Part shown: piece after piece, positions 38,697-48,440 of the stretch
How positions within the stretch are numbered: the first letter of the stretch is position 1
Layout of the letters: the number at the start of each line of letters is the position of its first letter
Assembly (NCBI GenBank): GCA_035508155.1
Contig: DATJNM010000019.1
Coordinates: 10,488 to 74,487 of the forward strand
Length of the DNA: 64,000 bases
Direction of reading: 5' to 3'
DNA from: Candidatus Sulfopaludibacter sp.
GTDB lineage: Bacteria > Verrucomicrobiota > Verrucomicrobiia > Limisphaerales > UBA11358
Translations under genes and position numbers: made by a program
The notes under the pieces: generated by a model
Told to the model about the DNA's origin: nothing
The model's input: the letters and a program-made list of their open reading frames with translations, nothing else
Databases searched by the model: none

Positions 38697-40016
38697 ATGT
38701 CCCATACTCAACATCCTGTCGAAATTCTGCGCCTGAACACTTGTGGTTCGGTGGACGACGGCAAATCCACGCTCATCGGCCGCCTGCTCTACGATTCCAA
38801 AAACCTGATGGAGGACCAGTTGGAAGCGCTGGAACGCTCCGCCGACATCACCGGCGGCGGCCAGATTAATCTGGCCAATCTCACCGACGGTCTCCGCGCC
38901 GAACGCGAGCAAGGCATCACGATTGACGTTGCTTACCGGTACTTCGCCACGCCCAAGCGCAAGTTCATCGTCGCCGACACCCCCGGCCACGTCCAATACA
39001 CGCGCAACATGGTCACCGGCGCCTCCACGGCGAACCTTTCCATCGTGCTGGTGGACGCACGCCAGGGCGTCACCGAACAAACCCGCCGCCATACCTATCT
39101 GGCGGCATTGCTGGGCATTCCCCACCTCGTCATCGCCATCAACAAAATGGATCTGGTGGACTGGAGCGAAGAACGTTTTTTGGAGATTCGCGACGAGATC
39201 GAGGATTTCATCCCGAAACTCGACGTGTTCCGCGATGTCAAATTCATTCCGCTCAGCGCACTCAACGGCGACAACGTCGTCATGCCGTCAACCCAAATGC
39301 CGTGGCACGAAGGCCCGGCGTTGCTGGGCCATCTGGAGACGGTGCACATCGCCAGCGACTGGAACCTCAATGCGTTCCGGTTCCCGGTGCAATGGGTCAA
39401 TCGCCCGAACAATCCCCGTGACCCGAAGTTGCACGATTTTCGGGGCTTGAGCGGACAAATCGCCGGCGGCATCGCCCGCAAAGGTCAGACGGTTATTGTG
39501 CTGCCCACCGGTTTAAAGACGACCATCAGGGATATCTGGACCTACGACGGGGTGCTGGCCGAGGCCTTCTGTCCGCAATCCGCCACGCTTTGCCTGGCCG
39601 ATGACATTGACGTGAGCCGCGGCGACATGATTGTGGGCCTGGAAAATCTTCCCGGTTGCGGCTCGGATCTGCACGCGCGCATTTGCTGGATGCACCAACG
39701 ACCGCTGCAATCCGGCCGGAAATTTTACCTCAAGCATACCACCCAGACTGCGCAGGCCGTCGTCACCGGCCTGGAAAGCCGCATCAACATGGCCACATTC
39801 GAACCGGAACCGGAACCGCCGGCGTTGGCCATCAACGACATCGGCGTGATTCGCCTGAAAACTTCCAAACCGATCGTGTTTGATGGTTACAGCACAAACC
39901 GGCTGACCGGTTCATTCATTTTGATCGAGCATGGCACGAACGCAACCATCGCCGCCGGCATGCTGTCCCCGCCCACCGAAGCCGTGAAACCGGAGTATAC
40001 CGACTTCGCCATTTAA
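38697..40016 (+). CDS. cysN: Sulfate adenylyltransferase subunit 1 (GTPase), without a fused APS-kinase domain
   Basis: G1 motif CGSVDDGKSTLIGRLL, then DTPGH and NKMD. At 439 aa it is too short for a CysNC fusion. Confidence 0.93.
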   Translation: MSHTQHPVEILRLNTCGSVDDGKSTLIGRLLYDSKNLMEDQLEALERSADITGGGQINLANLTDGLRAEREQGITIDVAYRYFATPKRKFIVADTPGHVQYTRNMVTGASTANLSIVLVDARQGVTEQTRRHTYLAALLGIPHLVIAINKMDLVDWSEERFLEIRDEIEDFIPKLDVFRDVKFIPLSALNGDNVVMPSTQMPWHEGPALLGHLETVHIASDWNLNAFRFPVQWVNRPNNPRDPKLHDFRGLSGQIAGGIARKGQTVIVLPTGLKTTIRDIWTYDGVLAEAFCPQSATLCLADDIDVSRGDMIVGLENLPGCGSDLHARICWMHQRPLQSGRKFYLKHTTQTAQAVVTGLESRINMATFEPEPEPPALAINDIGVIRLKTSKPIVFDGYSTNRLTGSFILIEHGTNATIAAGMLSPPTEAVKPEYTDFAI

Positions 40017-40017
40017 T

Positions 40018-40086
40018 CCTGAGGGGGGACGATTTCTGCGGTCACAGGATTTCAGGCACTCGTGCAACTCGTCCCTCCGAATTTGT
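40018..40086 (-). repeat. REP-like nested-hairpin element, copy R2 (inverted relative to R1)
   Basis: ...gaggggggacgatttctgcggtcacaggatttcaggcactcgtgcaactcgtccctccgaattt aligns with the reverse complement of R1 at roughly 75-80% identity. Confidence 0.7.
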
Positions 40087-40142
40087 GTTTGAAGCGAAAG
40101 AGTTGACGGCGCGCGCCTTTCGGCAGATGCTTCCGCGCTGGA

Positions 40143-43100
40143 ATGATGAAGGCAGACTTTGGGAGTTCGCTTTTGCCCCGCCGACGCAAACTGGTTTATT
40201 GGGTTCTCGGCCTTCTGCTGTTCTATACCATTCTCGGCTTCCTCATCCTGCCGCCGATCGTCCGGGCCATTGCCGTCAAACAATTATCCCGGCAGCTTGA
40301 CCGGCAAGTTTCAATTGAAAAAATAAAAATCAACCCGTTCGTGCTCTCCACCTCCGTCCGTGGCCTGCTCATCAAGGACAGGGACGGCCAGCCGTTCATC
40401 TCATGGGACGAAGTCTATGTGAACTTCCAGCTTTCATCGTTCTTCGGCCACCCGTGGGTCTTCAGGGAAATCAGCGTGACCAAACCTTACGCGCGCGTGC
40501 AGGTGAACAAGGATTACACGCTGAATTTCTCGGATCTGGTCGCCAAACTCTCGACGAATGCGCCCGCCGCCGCGCCCGCCACGCCAGCCAAGCCGCTCGC
40601 GCTGCGCGTTGGCCGGCTCCAAATCACCGGCGCTGCCGCCTCGCTCGCCGACTTCACCACGCGCGAGCCGTTCCGGCGGACCATCGGCCCGCTTAACGTG
40701 ACGTTGGAGAATTTCCGCACCGACCCGGACAATAAAAATCCCTATTCGTTCGCCGGCACCACCGACGCGGGCGAACGATTCGCCTGGAACGGATTTTTTT
40801 ACCTGGACCCGCTCCGTTCCCAGGGCGAGTTGACCCTCGACGACCTCACGCTCAACAAATACGCACCGCTCTACCAGGACTTCGTGCGCTTTGAAATCCG
40901 CAGCGGCGTGATCGGGGTGAAGTCGGATTACCGTTTCGAGCTCAGCGCCAGCAACCGGGTTGCCGCCGTCACCAACACCGACTTCTCCCTGCGCAATTTC
41001 AGACTCGGCAGCCCCGGCGATACCAACAACATCGTTGAACTGGCGCACTTTGCCGTGACCGGGGCGAGCGTGGACCTGGAAGCGCGACAGGCCGAAGTGG
41101 ATTCAGTTTCCGCCGAGGGCGCCAGACTGTTTGTGCGGCGCAACAAAGACGCCACGATCAACGCCCTGGAAGCCGCCAGGCCGGTTGCGAACGAGACGAA
41201 CCCGCCCGGCGGCATTTTGCTGCTGCTGCGCTCGGTCACGAATGCCGTGGCGATGCTCCTCAACAGCACAAACCAGTGGAACGCGGCCGTCCACGACGTG
41301 AATTTCACCAACTGCGGATTGCACCTCGAAGACCTTGTGAATTCGCGCCCGGCCCGGCTGGATTTGGACGACGTCACGCTCACCGCCAGGAATATTTCCA
41401 ACCGGCCGCATACCAATCTGACTGCCGAACTGTCCCTGCGCTGGAACACCAATGGCATCATCAACACGGAAATCGCCGCGTCCCTTTCCCCGCCGACCGC
41501 CGACATCCAGCTGTCACTCTCCAATCTCGATTTCGGCACGCTGGACCCCTATCTCGAACCCAAACTGAACCTGTTCATCCTCGGCAGCCGGCTCGGACTC
41601 GACGGCGACGTCCGTCTGCGCACGCCGGAAAACGAATTGCCGCAGGTCACGTTCACGGGCAATGCGCGGCTCGACGACTTTCGCACCGTGGACGGCGTCA
41701 TGGCGCAGGATTTGTTGAAGTGGGATTCGCTGCGGTTCAATGACATTGAGGCGAACCTGAATCCCCCAACCGTCGCCATCAAGGAAATCGCCCTCGACAA
41801 CGCCTGCGCGCGGGTTGTGATCGAAACCAATCACACGATTAACCTGCTGACGGCGTTGAACCCGGCCGAAACCAATGCGCCGGCCGCGAGCGTGGCAAAC
41901 GCCGCTAATTCTCAAACGGCCCGCGAGGACGCTCACCCCACCGTTACCCCGGCAAATACGGCCGCCGCGCTGCCGAAAATCTCCGTCGGCAACATCGTGA
42001 TTTCCAACGCCACCCTCAGTTACACGGACCGCTCGCTCACGCCCAATGTGCATCTGGCGGTGCTCCAGGCGGGCGGAACGATCGCGGGCATTTCCTCCGA
42101 GGAACTCCAACACGCCGACGTGAACCTGCACGCGGCCGTGGATGGCGTCGGACCGGTGGACATCACCGGCGAAATCAATCCGTTCAGCGGCACGGAAACC
42201 AACCATCTGGTGGTATCGGTGAAGGATGTGGATTTGACGCCGACCAGTCCCTACGCCGCCAAATTTGCCGGTTACCGCATCGCCATGGGCAAGCTGAATC
42301 TGGACCTCGTGTACAATCTGGTCGGGCAGAAATTACAGTCGAAAAATGTCATCACACTGGACCAGTTCACCTTTGGCGAACGGGTGGACAGTCCCGACGC
42401 GACGCATCTGCCCGTGCGGCTGGCGGTGGCCATCCTCAAGGACCGCGACGGAAAGATCGTTTTGGACGTGCCGGTGGAAGGCAGCCTGGACGATCCGAAA
42501 TTCCAGATCGGCAAGGTGGTTACCCGCGCCGTTGTCAATATCCTGACGAAAGTCGCCACGTCACCGTTCTCGTTGATTGGCGCGGCGTTCGGCGGCGGAG
42601 GCGAGGAATTGGGCTACCAGGACTTTGCTCCGGGCAGCGCACAGTTGACAACCGCCGACAAACAAAAACTTGATACCCTGGTCAAAGCCCTTTATGCCCG
42701 GCCCGGGTTGAACCTGGAAATTTCGGGCAGTGTCGACCCGATTGCCGACCGTGATGGATTGCAACGCGTCTTTCTCGAAAAACAGCTGCACACAAGGAAA
42801 TGGCTGTCGCTTCGCAAATCCCAGCAAGCCGCCCTGACACCGGAACAGATCACTCTGACGCCGGCGGAACGAGCGGATTTGGTGAAGAAGCTCTACAACG
42901 AAGCATGGACCAAAGGCCAAATCACGCCGGCCCTGCTCGCGGCAAATACGAATCTCACGGCGGCGGTGGCCCAGATCAACGCCCGGACACCGCGGATCCA
43001 AAAAGACGCGACGTTTCTGGTGAAAGGCCTGCCGGCTCCGGCGCCACCGACTTCCGGTGCGGGAACGGTCGCGCCTTCACAAATAAAACTTCCGCCGATC

Positions 43101-43304
43101 GCCGACCCGATGGAGATAGTGTTGGTGGCATCCATTCCCGTCACCGACAACGATTTCGAGTCGCTGGCATCCGAACGCGCCAAGGCCGTGCACGCCTACA
43201 TTCTGGCCGCGAACAAGGTGGAGGCAAAGCGGCTGTTCCTGACGGAAAACCAGACCGGTGGCGTGCGCAGCGACGGCAGCCGGGTTTATTTGGAGTTCCG
43301 CTAA
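40143..43304 (+). CDS. DUF748-domain (AsmA-like) large envelope protein
   Basis: 1053 aa. An N-terminal TM is followed by ILGFLILPPIVRAIAVKQLSRQLDRQVSIEKIKINPFVLSTSVRGLLIKDRDG, as in DUF748 proteins. The rest is a long beta-rich repetitive body. Confidence 0.7.
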   Translation: MMKADFGSSLLPRRRKLVYWVLGLLLFYTILGFLILPPIVRAIAVKQLSRQLDRQVSIEKIKINPFVLSTSVRGLLIKDRDGQPFISWDEVYVNFQLSSFFGHPWVFREISVTKPYARVQVNKDYTLNFSDLVAKLSTNAPAAAPATPAKPLALRVGRLQITGAAASLADFTTREPFRRTIGPLNVTLENFRTDPDNKNPYSFAGTTDAGERFAWNGFFYLDPLRSQGELTLDDLTLNKYAPLYQDFVRFEIRSGVIGVKSDYRFELSASNRVAAVTNTDFSLRNFRLGSPGDTNNIVELAHFAVTGASVDLEARQAEVDSVSAEGARLFVRRNKDATINALEAARPVANETNPPGGILLLLRSVTNAVAMLLNSTNQWNAAVHDVNFTNCGLHLEDLVNSRPARLDLDDVTLTARNISNRPHTNLTAELSLRWNTNGIINTEIAASLSPPTADIQLSLSNLDFGTLDPYLEPKLNLFILGSRLGLDGDVRLRTPENELPQVTFTGNARLDDFRTVDGVMAQDLLKWDSLRFNDIEANLNPPTVAIKEIALDNACARVVIETNHTINLLTALNPAETNAPAASVANAANSQTAREDAHPTVTPANTAAALPKISVGNIVISNATLSYTDRSLTPNVHLAVLQAGGTIAGISSEELQHADVNLHAAVDGVGPVDITGEINPFSGTETNHLVVSVKDVDLTPTSPYAAKFAGYRIAMGKLNLDLVYNLVGQKLQSKNVITLDQFTFGERVDSPDATHLPVRLAVAILKDRDGKIVLDVPVEGSLDDPKFQIGKVVTRAVVNILTKVATSPFSLIGAAFGGGGEELGYQDFAPGSAQLTTADKQKLDTLVKALYARPGLNLEISGSVDPIADRDGLQRVFLEKQLHTRKWLSLRKSQQAALTPEQITLTPAERADLVKKLYNEAWTKGQITPALLAANTNLTAAVAQINARTPRIQKDATFLVKGLPAPAPPTSGAGTVAPSQIKLPPIADPMEIVLVASIPVTDNDFESLASERAKAVHAYILAANKVEAKRLFLTENQTGGVRSDGSRVYLEFR

Positions 43305-43404
43305 ATTGCATCCGTAACACAGCCACGAAAGCGTTCCGGCCCGCACTACAGCCTGACTCCGACCCTCTTGCAATCACTTCAATACCCTGGCCGCCAGCAG
43401 GTGT

Positions 43405-44520
43405 TCACATGGCAAAGATGGCAAGGATGATTTGTTTCCCACAAAAAATCCAGATCGCCGCCGCCAGGGCGATGTACGGTCCATACGGCATTCGCGATGA
43501 CCACTCACGGCGTCGCAGTGCGATCAGCGCCACGCCCACCACGGCGCCGATCATGGAGCTGACCATCAACGAAAACAAAACGCCCTGCCAGCCGATGAAC
43601 GCGCCGATGGCGCCCATGAATTTCACGTCGCCCAGGCCCATCGCTTCGCGCGGCAATACAATTTCCGCGCTGACGGCCTCCAGAAACGGCACGTCGTCAG
43701 GGTTCAGCCGTTCCCCGCCGATTTCCAGCCAGCCGGAGCGCAGCGCCAGCCGCACCCGCACGTCTTGGTAACCGCGATCCACCAGTTCCACCGTCCGCGC
43801 GTGCAGCGCAATCACGTCCGACTGGCGGTAAAACAGTTCATCGTAGGGAATCTCGCGATCGGGCAGGTGCACGGACGTCTCGGTGAAAATAATCCGTGTG
43901 TCCGCGGGCAATTTCACCCGCTGCCGCCCAAACAATAATTTTCCCAGCCGCAAAATCGCATAGATAATGCCGGCGCCGGCGCCGAGGCCGAGCGCGCTTT
44001 GCCACAGTCCGGCAATCAGGGCGCGAACCTCGTGTAACGCCGGAAACACACCTGAGGCGATCAGGCCAACGGCCATCCCGCCGTACGTGATTTCGTCGGG
44101 AATGATGAAATGTTCAAAGTCAATGAACGTGGCCGCAATTAGTCCGGCCAGGAAAATGGTGTAAATCATGGCGATGACCGCGGAGATTTTTCCAAAAGCC
44201 AGCCAGCAACCCAAAAAGGTTACGCCGGTAAGCAGTTCCACGATGAAATAGCGCGGTGAAATCGGCGCGCCGCAATTCTTGCACCGGCCGCGCAGCACCA
44301 GCCACGTCACCAACGGAACGTTCAGATACCACGGGATGGAGTACTGGCAATGCGGACAATGCGACGGCGGCGTAACGATGCTCATCCCCCGCGGCAGCCG
44401 GTGGATGCACACGTTCAAAAAGCTGCCGACGGTGCAACCGAAGACAAAGAAGACCAGCGACCAGAAATGGAAAGGGACCAACTCCCAGTTGTGCGCGTCG
44501 AAGATCGGTTCAATGCCCAT
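43405..44520 (-). CDS. pilD: Prepilin peptidase (A24 family) with an enlarged loop between the catalytic Asp motifs
   Basis: The Zn-finger-like motif is CPHCQYSIPWYLNVPLVTWLVLRGRCKNCGAPI. The catalytic motifs are FIIPDE and GLGDVKF. The ORF start at 44544 lies inside repeat R3, so ATG 44520 (MGIEPIF..) is preferred. Confidence 0.85.
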   Translation of the reverse strand: MGIEPIFDAHNWELVPFHFWSLVFFVFGCTVGSFLNVCIHRLPRGMSIVTPPSHCPHCQYSIPWYLNVPLVTWLVLRGRCKNCGAPISPRYFIVELLTGVTFLGCWLAFGKISAVIAMIYTIFLAGLIAATFIDFEHFIIPDEITYGGMAVGLIASGVFPALHEVRALIAGLWQSALGLGAGAGIIYAILRLGKLLFGRQRVKLPADTRIIFTETSVHLPDREIPYDELFYRQSDVIALHARTVELVDRGYQDVRVRLALRSGWLEIGGERLNPDDVPFLEAVSAEIVLPREAMGLGDVKFMGAIGAFIGWQGVLFSLMVSSMIGAVVGVALIALRRREWSSRMPYGPYIALAAAIWIFCGKQIILAIFAM

Positions 44521-44523
44521 AAT

Positions 44524-44596
44524 CAATTCGGAGGGACGAGCCATGCGAGTCCCAATTTTTCAGGGACACGTGTAACCCGTCCCGCCGACAAATTTC
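44524..44596 (+). repeat. REP-like nested-hairpin element, copy R3
   Basis: caattcggagggacgagccatgcgagtcccaatttttcagggacacgtgtaacccgtcccgccgacaaatttc. It exactly fills the aroE-pilD spacer. Confidence 0.75.
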
Positions 44597-44597
44597 G

Positions 44598-45503
44598 TCA
44601 GCCATGGATGTTTTCTTCCAGCGCGCGGCGCATGACGTCGAGCGGCGCGTGTTTGCCCGTCCAGATTTCAAACGCCTTCGCGCCTTGATGCAACAGCATT
44701 CCCAGCCCGTTGGCGGTCCGGCACCCGGCCTTCCGGGCGGCCTGGAGCAACGCTGTCTCCGCCGGCCGATAAATCATGTCATAAACCGCCCGCGCCCGGT
44801 TCAGGGAAAAATGCCTTTTGTCGAGCGGCAACCGGTCGTCCGGCTGCAAGCCGAGCGACGTGGCGTTGAGCAGCAAATCCACGTTGGCTGCGGGATAGCC
44901 CGGCGTGACGCGCACGGACGGAAATTGTTTTTTGATTTCAGCGGCCACGGCTTTGGCCTTGCTTTGGGTGCGGTTGACGAGAAAAAGCTCCGCGACCTTC
45001 TCCGCCGCAAGTCTTAACGCCGCCGTCCGTCCCGCCCCGCCCGCGCCGAGCAATAGCACCTTTGCCCCGCGCAATTCGAGTTTCAAATCCCCGCGCAACG
45101 CGGCCACAATGGCGCCGGCGTCCGTATTGAAGCCGACCGCGCGGATTCGGGCCCGGCCATCCACGCCGGCGGGTTCAAAGCGGATGGTGTTGACCGCGCC
45201 CCATTTCCTGGCCGATTTGTCGAGCGCATCCACCAGATCAAGCGCGACCAGCTTATGCGGCACGGTGAGGTTGAGTCCGGCAAAGCCCATCGCCCGGGCG
45301 CCCTCAATCGCGGCGCGCAAATGGTCGGGATGAACTTCGCAGGCGAGGTAGCGCCAGTTGAGGCCGAGCGCGGCAAAGGCGGCGTTGTGCATGGCTGGCG
45401 ACGCCGAATGGCGGATCGGAAAGCCAAACACCGCGCAACAGCGCGTGGCGGCATTGATGGCAGGTTGGCCCGGTTGAAACACGCGGGATTTATATGCGGC
45501 CAC
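44598..45503 (-). CDS. aroE: Shikimate dehydrogenase
   Basis: FGFPIRHSASPAMHNAAFAALGLNWRY, LNLTVPHK, and the NADP Gly-rich motif LLGAGGAGR. Confidence 0.9.
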   Translation of the reverse strand: MAAYKSRVFQPGQPAINAATRCCAVFGFPIRHSASPAMHNAAFAALGLNWRYLACEVHPDHLRAAIEGARAMGFAGLNLTVPHKLVALDLVDALDKSARKWGAVNTIRFEPAGVDGRARIRAVGFNTDAGAIVAALRGDLKLELRGAKVLLLGAGGAGRTAALRLAAEKVAELFLVNRTQSKAKAVAAEIKKQFPSVRVTPGYPAANVDLLLNATSLGLQPDDRLPLDKRHFSLNRARAVYDMIYRPAETALLQAARKAGCRTANGLGMLLHQGAKAFEIWTGKHAPLDVMRRALEENIHG

Positions 45504-45720
45504 GCCCTGACTTCAAAGCCCAAAGTCCGCGAACCCTCCATCCCATCCGGCAAAAGACGGCCCGCCCCGTTTCCCACCCCTCCCGTCTTCAAGTGTCCCG
45601 AAGACAAAGCCATCATCTCCCCTAACTAAGGGATTCCCCTATATCACTAAGATTTGCCCGCGCTTCCAATCAGGCTGAACACCAATTGTCGGAATTCCCG
45701 CCTTCACTTAATTTGTCGTC

Positions 45721-46779
45721 ATGCAAACAACATTTGTTAGGCAGGATTCGGCCGAACAGTCGCTGTCCTCAAAATCCCAGGAACATGGTTCCGCCGCGGT
45801 TCAACCGCCTCCGCGGGATAGCGGTGGGGTGGCAGCCAGGAGCATCGCCAACGCCAAAAGGGACGGCGCGCTTGCCCTGCCTAATGGCAACGGCAATGGC
45901 AATGCCAACCGCGCCCTGGTCGAGGCGCTCATCACTTCCAAGGTCTATCAGGAATATGAACGGGCGTTTAACGACATGACCGGCCTGCCCATCGCGCTGC
46001 AACCCATTGAGACCTGGCAGTTGCCGTATCACGGCAAGCGGAACGAGAATCCGTTTTGCGCATTGATGTCGCAGAAAAGCCGCGCGTGCGCGGCGTGTTT
46101 GCAGGTGCGCGAACGCCTTTGTGAAAAGGCCACGACGGAACCGCAATCGCTTTCCTGCCACTCGGGGCTGTGCGAAACCGCCATCCCGGTGCGTCTGAGC
46201 GACCGGCTGATTGGTTATCTCCAGACCGGCCAGTTGTTCCGGAAGAAACCGAACCAGGCGCAATTTGGAAAAGTAGCCAAACAAGTGGAGGAATGGGGCC
46301 TGGAAGTGGACCGTGACGCCTTGAAGAAAGCCTATTTTGCCGGCAAAGTGGTGTCCACCCGGGAACACGAATCCGTAGTCAAATTGCTCGGCATTTTTGC
46401 GCAGCACCTGGCCATGATCAGCAACCAGGTCTTTATCCAGCAGGAAAATTCCGAATCTCCCGTCATCAAGCGGGCCAAGGAATATATTTGCGAGCATCAG
46501 GCGGAAAAGCTTTCGCTCAGCCACGTGGCCAAGGCGGTCAATATGAGCGCCTTCTACTTCTGCAAGATGTTCAAACGGGTCACCGGCATCAATTTCACCG
46601 ATTATCTTTCGCGGGTGCGCATCGAAAAGGCGAAGAACCTGTTGCTCAACCCCAACCTGCGCGTGAGTGAAATCGCCTTCGAGGTCGGGTTCCAGTCGCT
46701 GACGCACTTCAATCGCGTGTTCAAGAAGCTGCTCGGCCAGTCCCCCACCGAGTACCGGGCGCAGTTGCTGAGTCGCTGA
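45721..46779 (+). CDS. AraC-family transcriptional regulator with a PocR-type sensory domain
   Basis: The Cys-rich PocR-like core is FCALMSQKSRACAACLQ...CHSGLCETAIPV. The C-terminal HTH_AraC is LSLSHVAKAVNMSAFYFCKMFK...FQSLTHFNRVFKK..G.SPTEYR. Confidence 0.8.
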   Translation: MQTTFVRQDSAEQSLSSKSQEHGSAAVQPPPRDSGGVAARSIANAKRDGALALPNGNGNGNANRALVEALITSKVYQEYERAFNDMTGLPIALQPIETWQLPYHGKRNENPFCALMSQKSRACAACLQVRERLCEKATTEPQSLSCHSGLCETAIPVRLSDRLIGYLQTGQLFRKKPNQAQFGKVAKQVEEWGLEVDRDALKKAYFAGKVVSTREHESVVKLLGIFAQHLAMISNQVFIQQENSESPVIKRAKEYICEHQAEKLSLSHVAKAVNMSAFYFCKMFKRVTGINFTDYLSRVRIEKAKNLLLNPNLRVSEIAFEVGFQSLTHFNRVFKKLLGQSPTEYRAQLLSR

Positions 46780-46796
46780 TAAAGCGGCCCTCAACG

Positions 46797-48440
46797 GTGA
46801 CACGTGATGTGACCCAAAAAGCCACAACGCCCGGTTCTCGTCACCGGACACCCGCCACACGTCACGCGTTTGAGATTGGCATCGGCGCGGATTTTCCCGA
46901 TAGTTTCTTCACCCTTGCGATGAAGGACTACCGGAGAATGTCCCGGGCCGAATTGCTGGCTTGGATCAAGCAACTTCGCACCCGGCACGCCGCGCGCACA
47001 CGCACGCACCGCCGACAGGCCGCGTCCGCCTTGCGGGACAGCGCCGAACGGCTGCGTGCCATCCTGGAAACGGCGGTGGAGGGCATCGTTACGATAGACG
47101 AGCGCGGCATCGTCGAGTCCTTCAACCTCGCGGCGGAAAGGATTTTTGGCTACCAGGCGAACGAAGTCATCGGCAGGAACGTCAGCCTGCTCATGCCTGC
47201 GCCGCATCGCGAGCAACATGACACCTACCTCGGCAACTACCGGCGCACCGGTCACGCCAAGATCATCGGCATCGGCCGGGAAGTCGTTGGCCGCCGGAAA
47301 AACGGGACGGTGTTTCCCATGGACCTTTCGGTGAGCGAAGTACAACTGGCCGACCGGCGGTTGTTCACCGGTTTCATCCGCGATATTTCCGAGCGCAAAG
47401 AGGCGGAAAAGACCCTGCGGCACTACGCCGCCCTGGTGGAATCTTCGGAGGACGCCATCGTCGGCAAAACGCTGGATGGCTTTGTCACCAGTTGGAACAA
47501 GGGCGCCGAAGGCGTTTTCGGCTACACCCGCAAGGAAATGCTGGGCAAGCCCATTTCGCTCCTGATTCCGCCCAACCGTAAAAACGAGGAGCCGGAGATC
47601 CTGGAAAGGATCAAGCGCGGTGAATCCGTGGAACACTACGAAACCAAACGGCGGCGCAAGAACGGCCGGATCATTGATATTTCAGTGACGATTTCACCCA
47701 TCCGGGACGCGGAAGGAAAAATCATCGGCGCGTCCAAGGTGGCGCGCGACATCACCGAACGCAAACGACTGGAGAGGGAAATTCTGGAAATCAGCGAACG
47801 CGAACAGCGCCGGATCGGCCAGGATTTGCACGACGGCCTGTGCCAGCACCTGGCCGGCATTGAACTGATGAGTCAGGTGCTGGAACAGAAACTGGCCCGG
47901 CGCTCGAAAGCCACGGCGGCCAAGGCCGCCGACATCGCCCGAAACGTGCGCGACGCCATCAGCCATACGCGACTGCTGGCACGCGGCCTTTCGCCCGTAA
48001 CCCTTGAATCGGAGGGGCTGATGTCCGCGCTGCACGAACTGGCCTTGAACACGCAGAAAATCTTTGGGGTCGCCTGCCGATTTGAGTGCGACCCGCCGGT
48101 GTTGGTGTCGGACTTCCCTGCCGCCACCCATCTCTTCCGCCTGGCGCAGGAAGCCGTGTCTAATGCCATCAAGCACGGCAAGGCGAAACGCATTTTGATT
48201 CGATTAAAAGAGGAGCGCGGACGCATGCTGCTGCGCATCATTGACAACGGTGCGGGTTTTCCGGCACAACTTACCAGGTCAAAAGGCATGGGTTTGCGCA
48301 TTATGCAATCCCGGGCCGGGATGATTGGCGGTACGCTGGCGCTTGAACGCAACGCCGCCGGCGGCACCAGCGTGACGGTGGCCGCGCCAAACCCGGCCGG
48401 CCGGCGAAAAACAAATCGGCCTCGTGGTCGCAAAAAGTAA
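46797..48440 (+). CDS. PAS-domain sensor histidine kinase (HisKA_3/NarX-type)
   Basis: It has two PAS units and the HisKA_3 H-box RIGQDLHDGLCQHL, followed by HATPase_c. The start is uncertain: the alternative ATG at 46920 gives MKDYRRMSRAELL. Confidence 0.8.
   Translation: MTRDVTQKATTPGSRHRTPATRHAFEIGIGADFPDSFFTLAMKDYRRMSRAELLAWIKQLRTRHAARTRTHRRQAASALRDSAERLRAILETAVEGIVTIDERGIVESFNLAAERIFGYQANEVIGRNVSLLMPAPHREQHDTYLGNYRRTGHAKIIGIGREVVGRRKNGTVFPMDLSVSEVQLADRRLFTGFIRDISERKEAEKTLRHYAALVESSEDAIVGKTLDGFVTSWNKGAEGVFGYTRKEMLGKPISLLIPPNRKNEEPEILERIKRGESVEHYETKRRRKNGRIIDISVTISPIRDAEGKIIGASKVARDITERKRLEREILEISEREQRRIGQDLHDGLCQHLAGIELMSQVLEQKLARRSKATAAKAADIARNVRDAISHTRLLARGLSPVTLESEGLMSALHELALNTQKIFGVACRFECDPPVLVSDFPAATHLFRLAQEAVSNAIKHGKAKRILIRLKEERGRMLLRIIDNGAGFPAQLTRSKGMGLRIMQSRAGMIGGTLALERNAAGGTSVTVAAPNPAGRRKTNRPRGRKK

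Noticed and set aside
44521-44544. Upstream ATG (44544) as the pilD start
   Set aside because: The codons MARPSELI lie inside REP copy R3. The start at 44520 gives the normal hydrophobic N-terminus.
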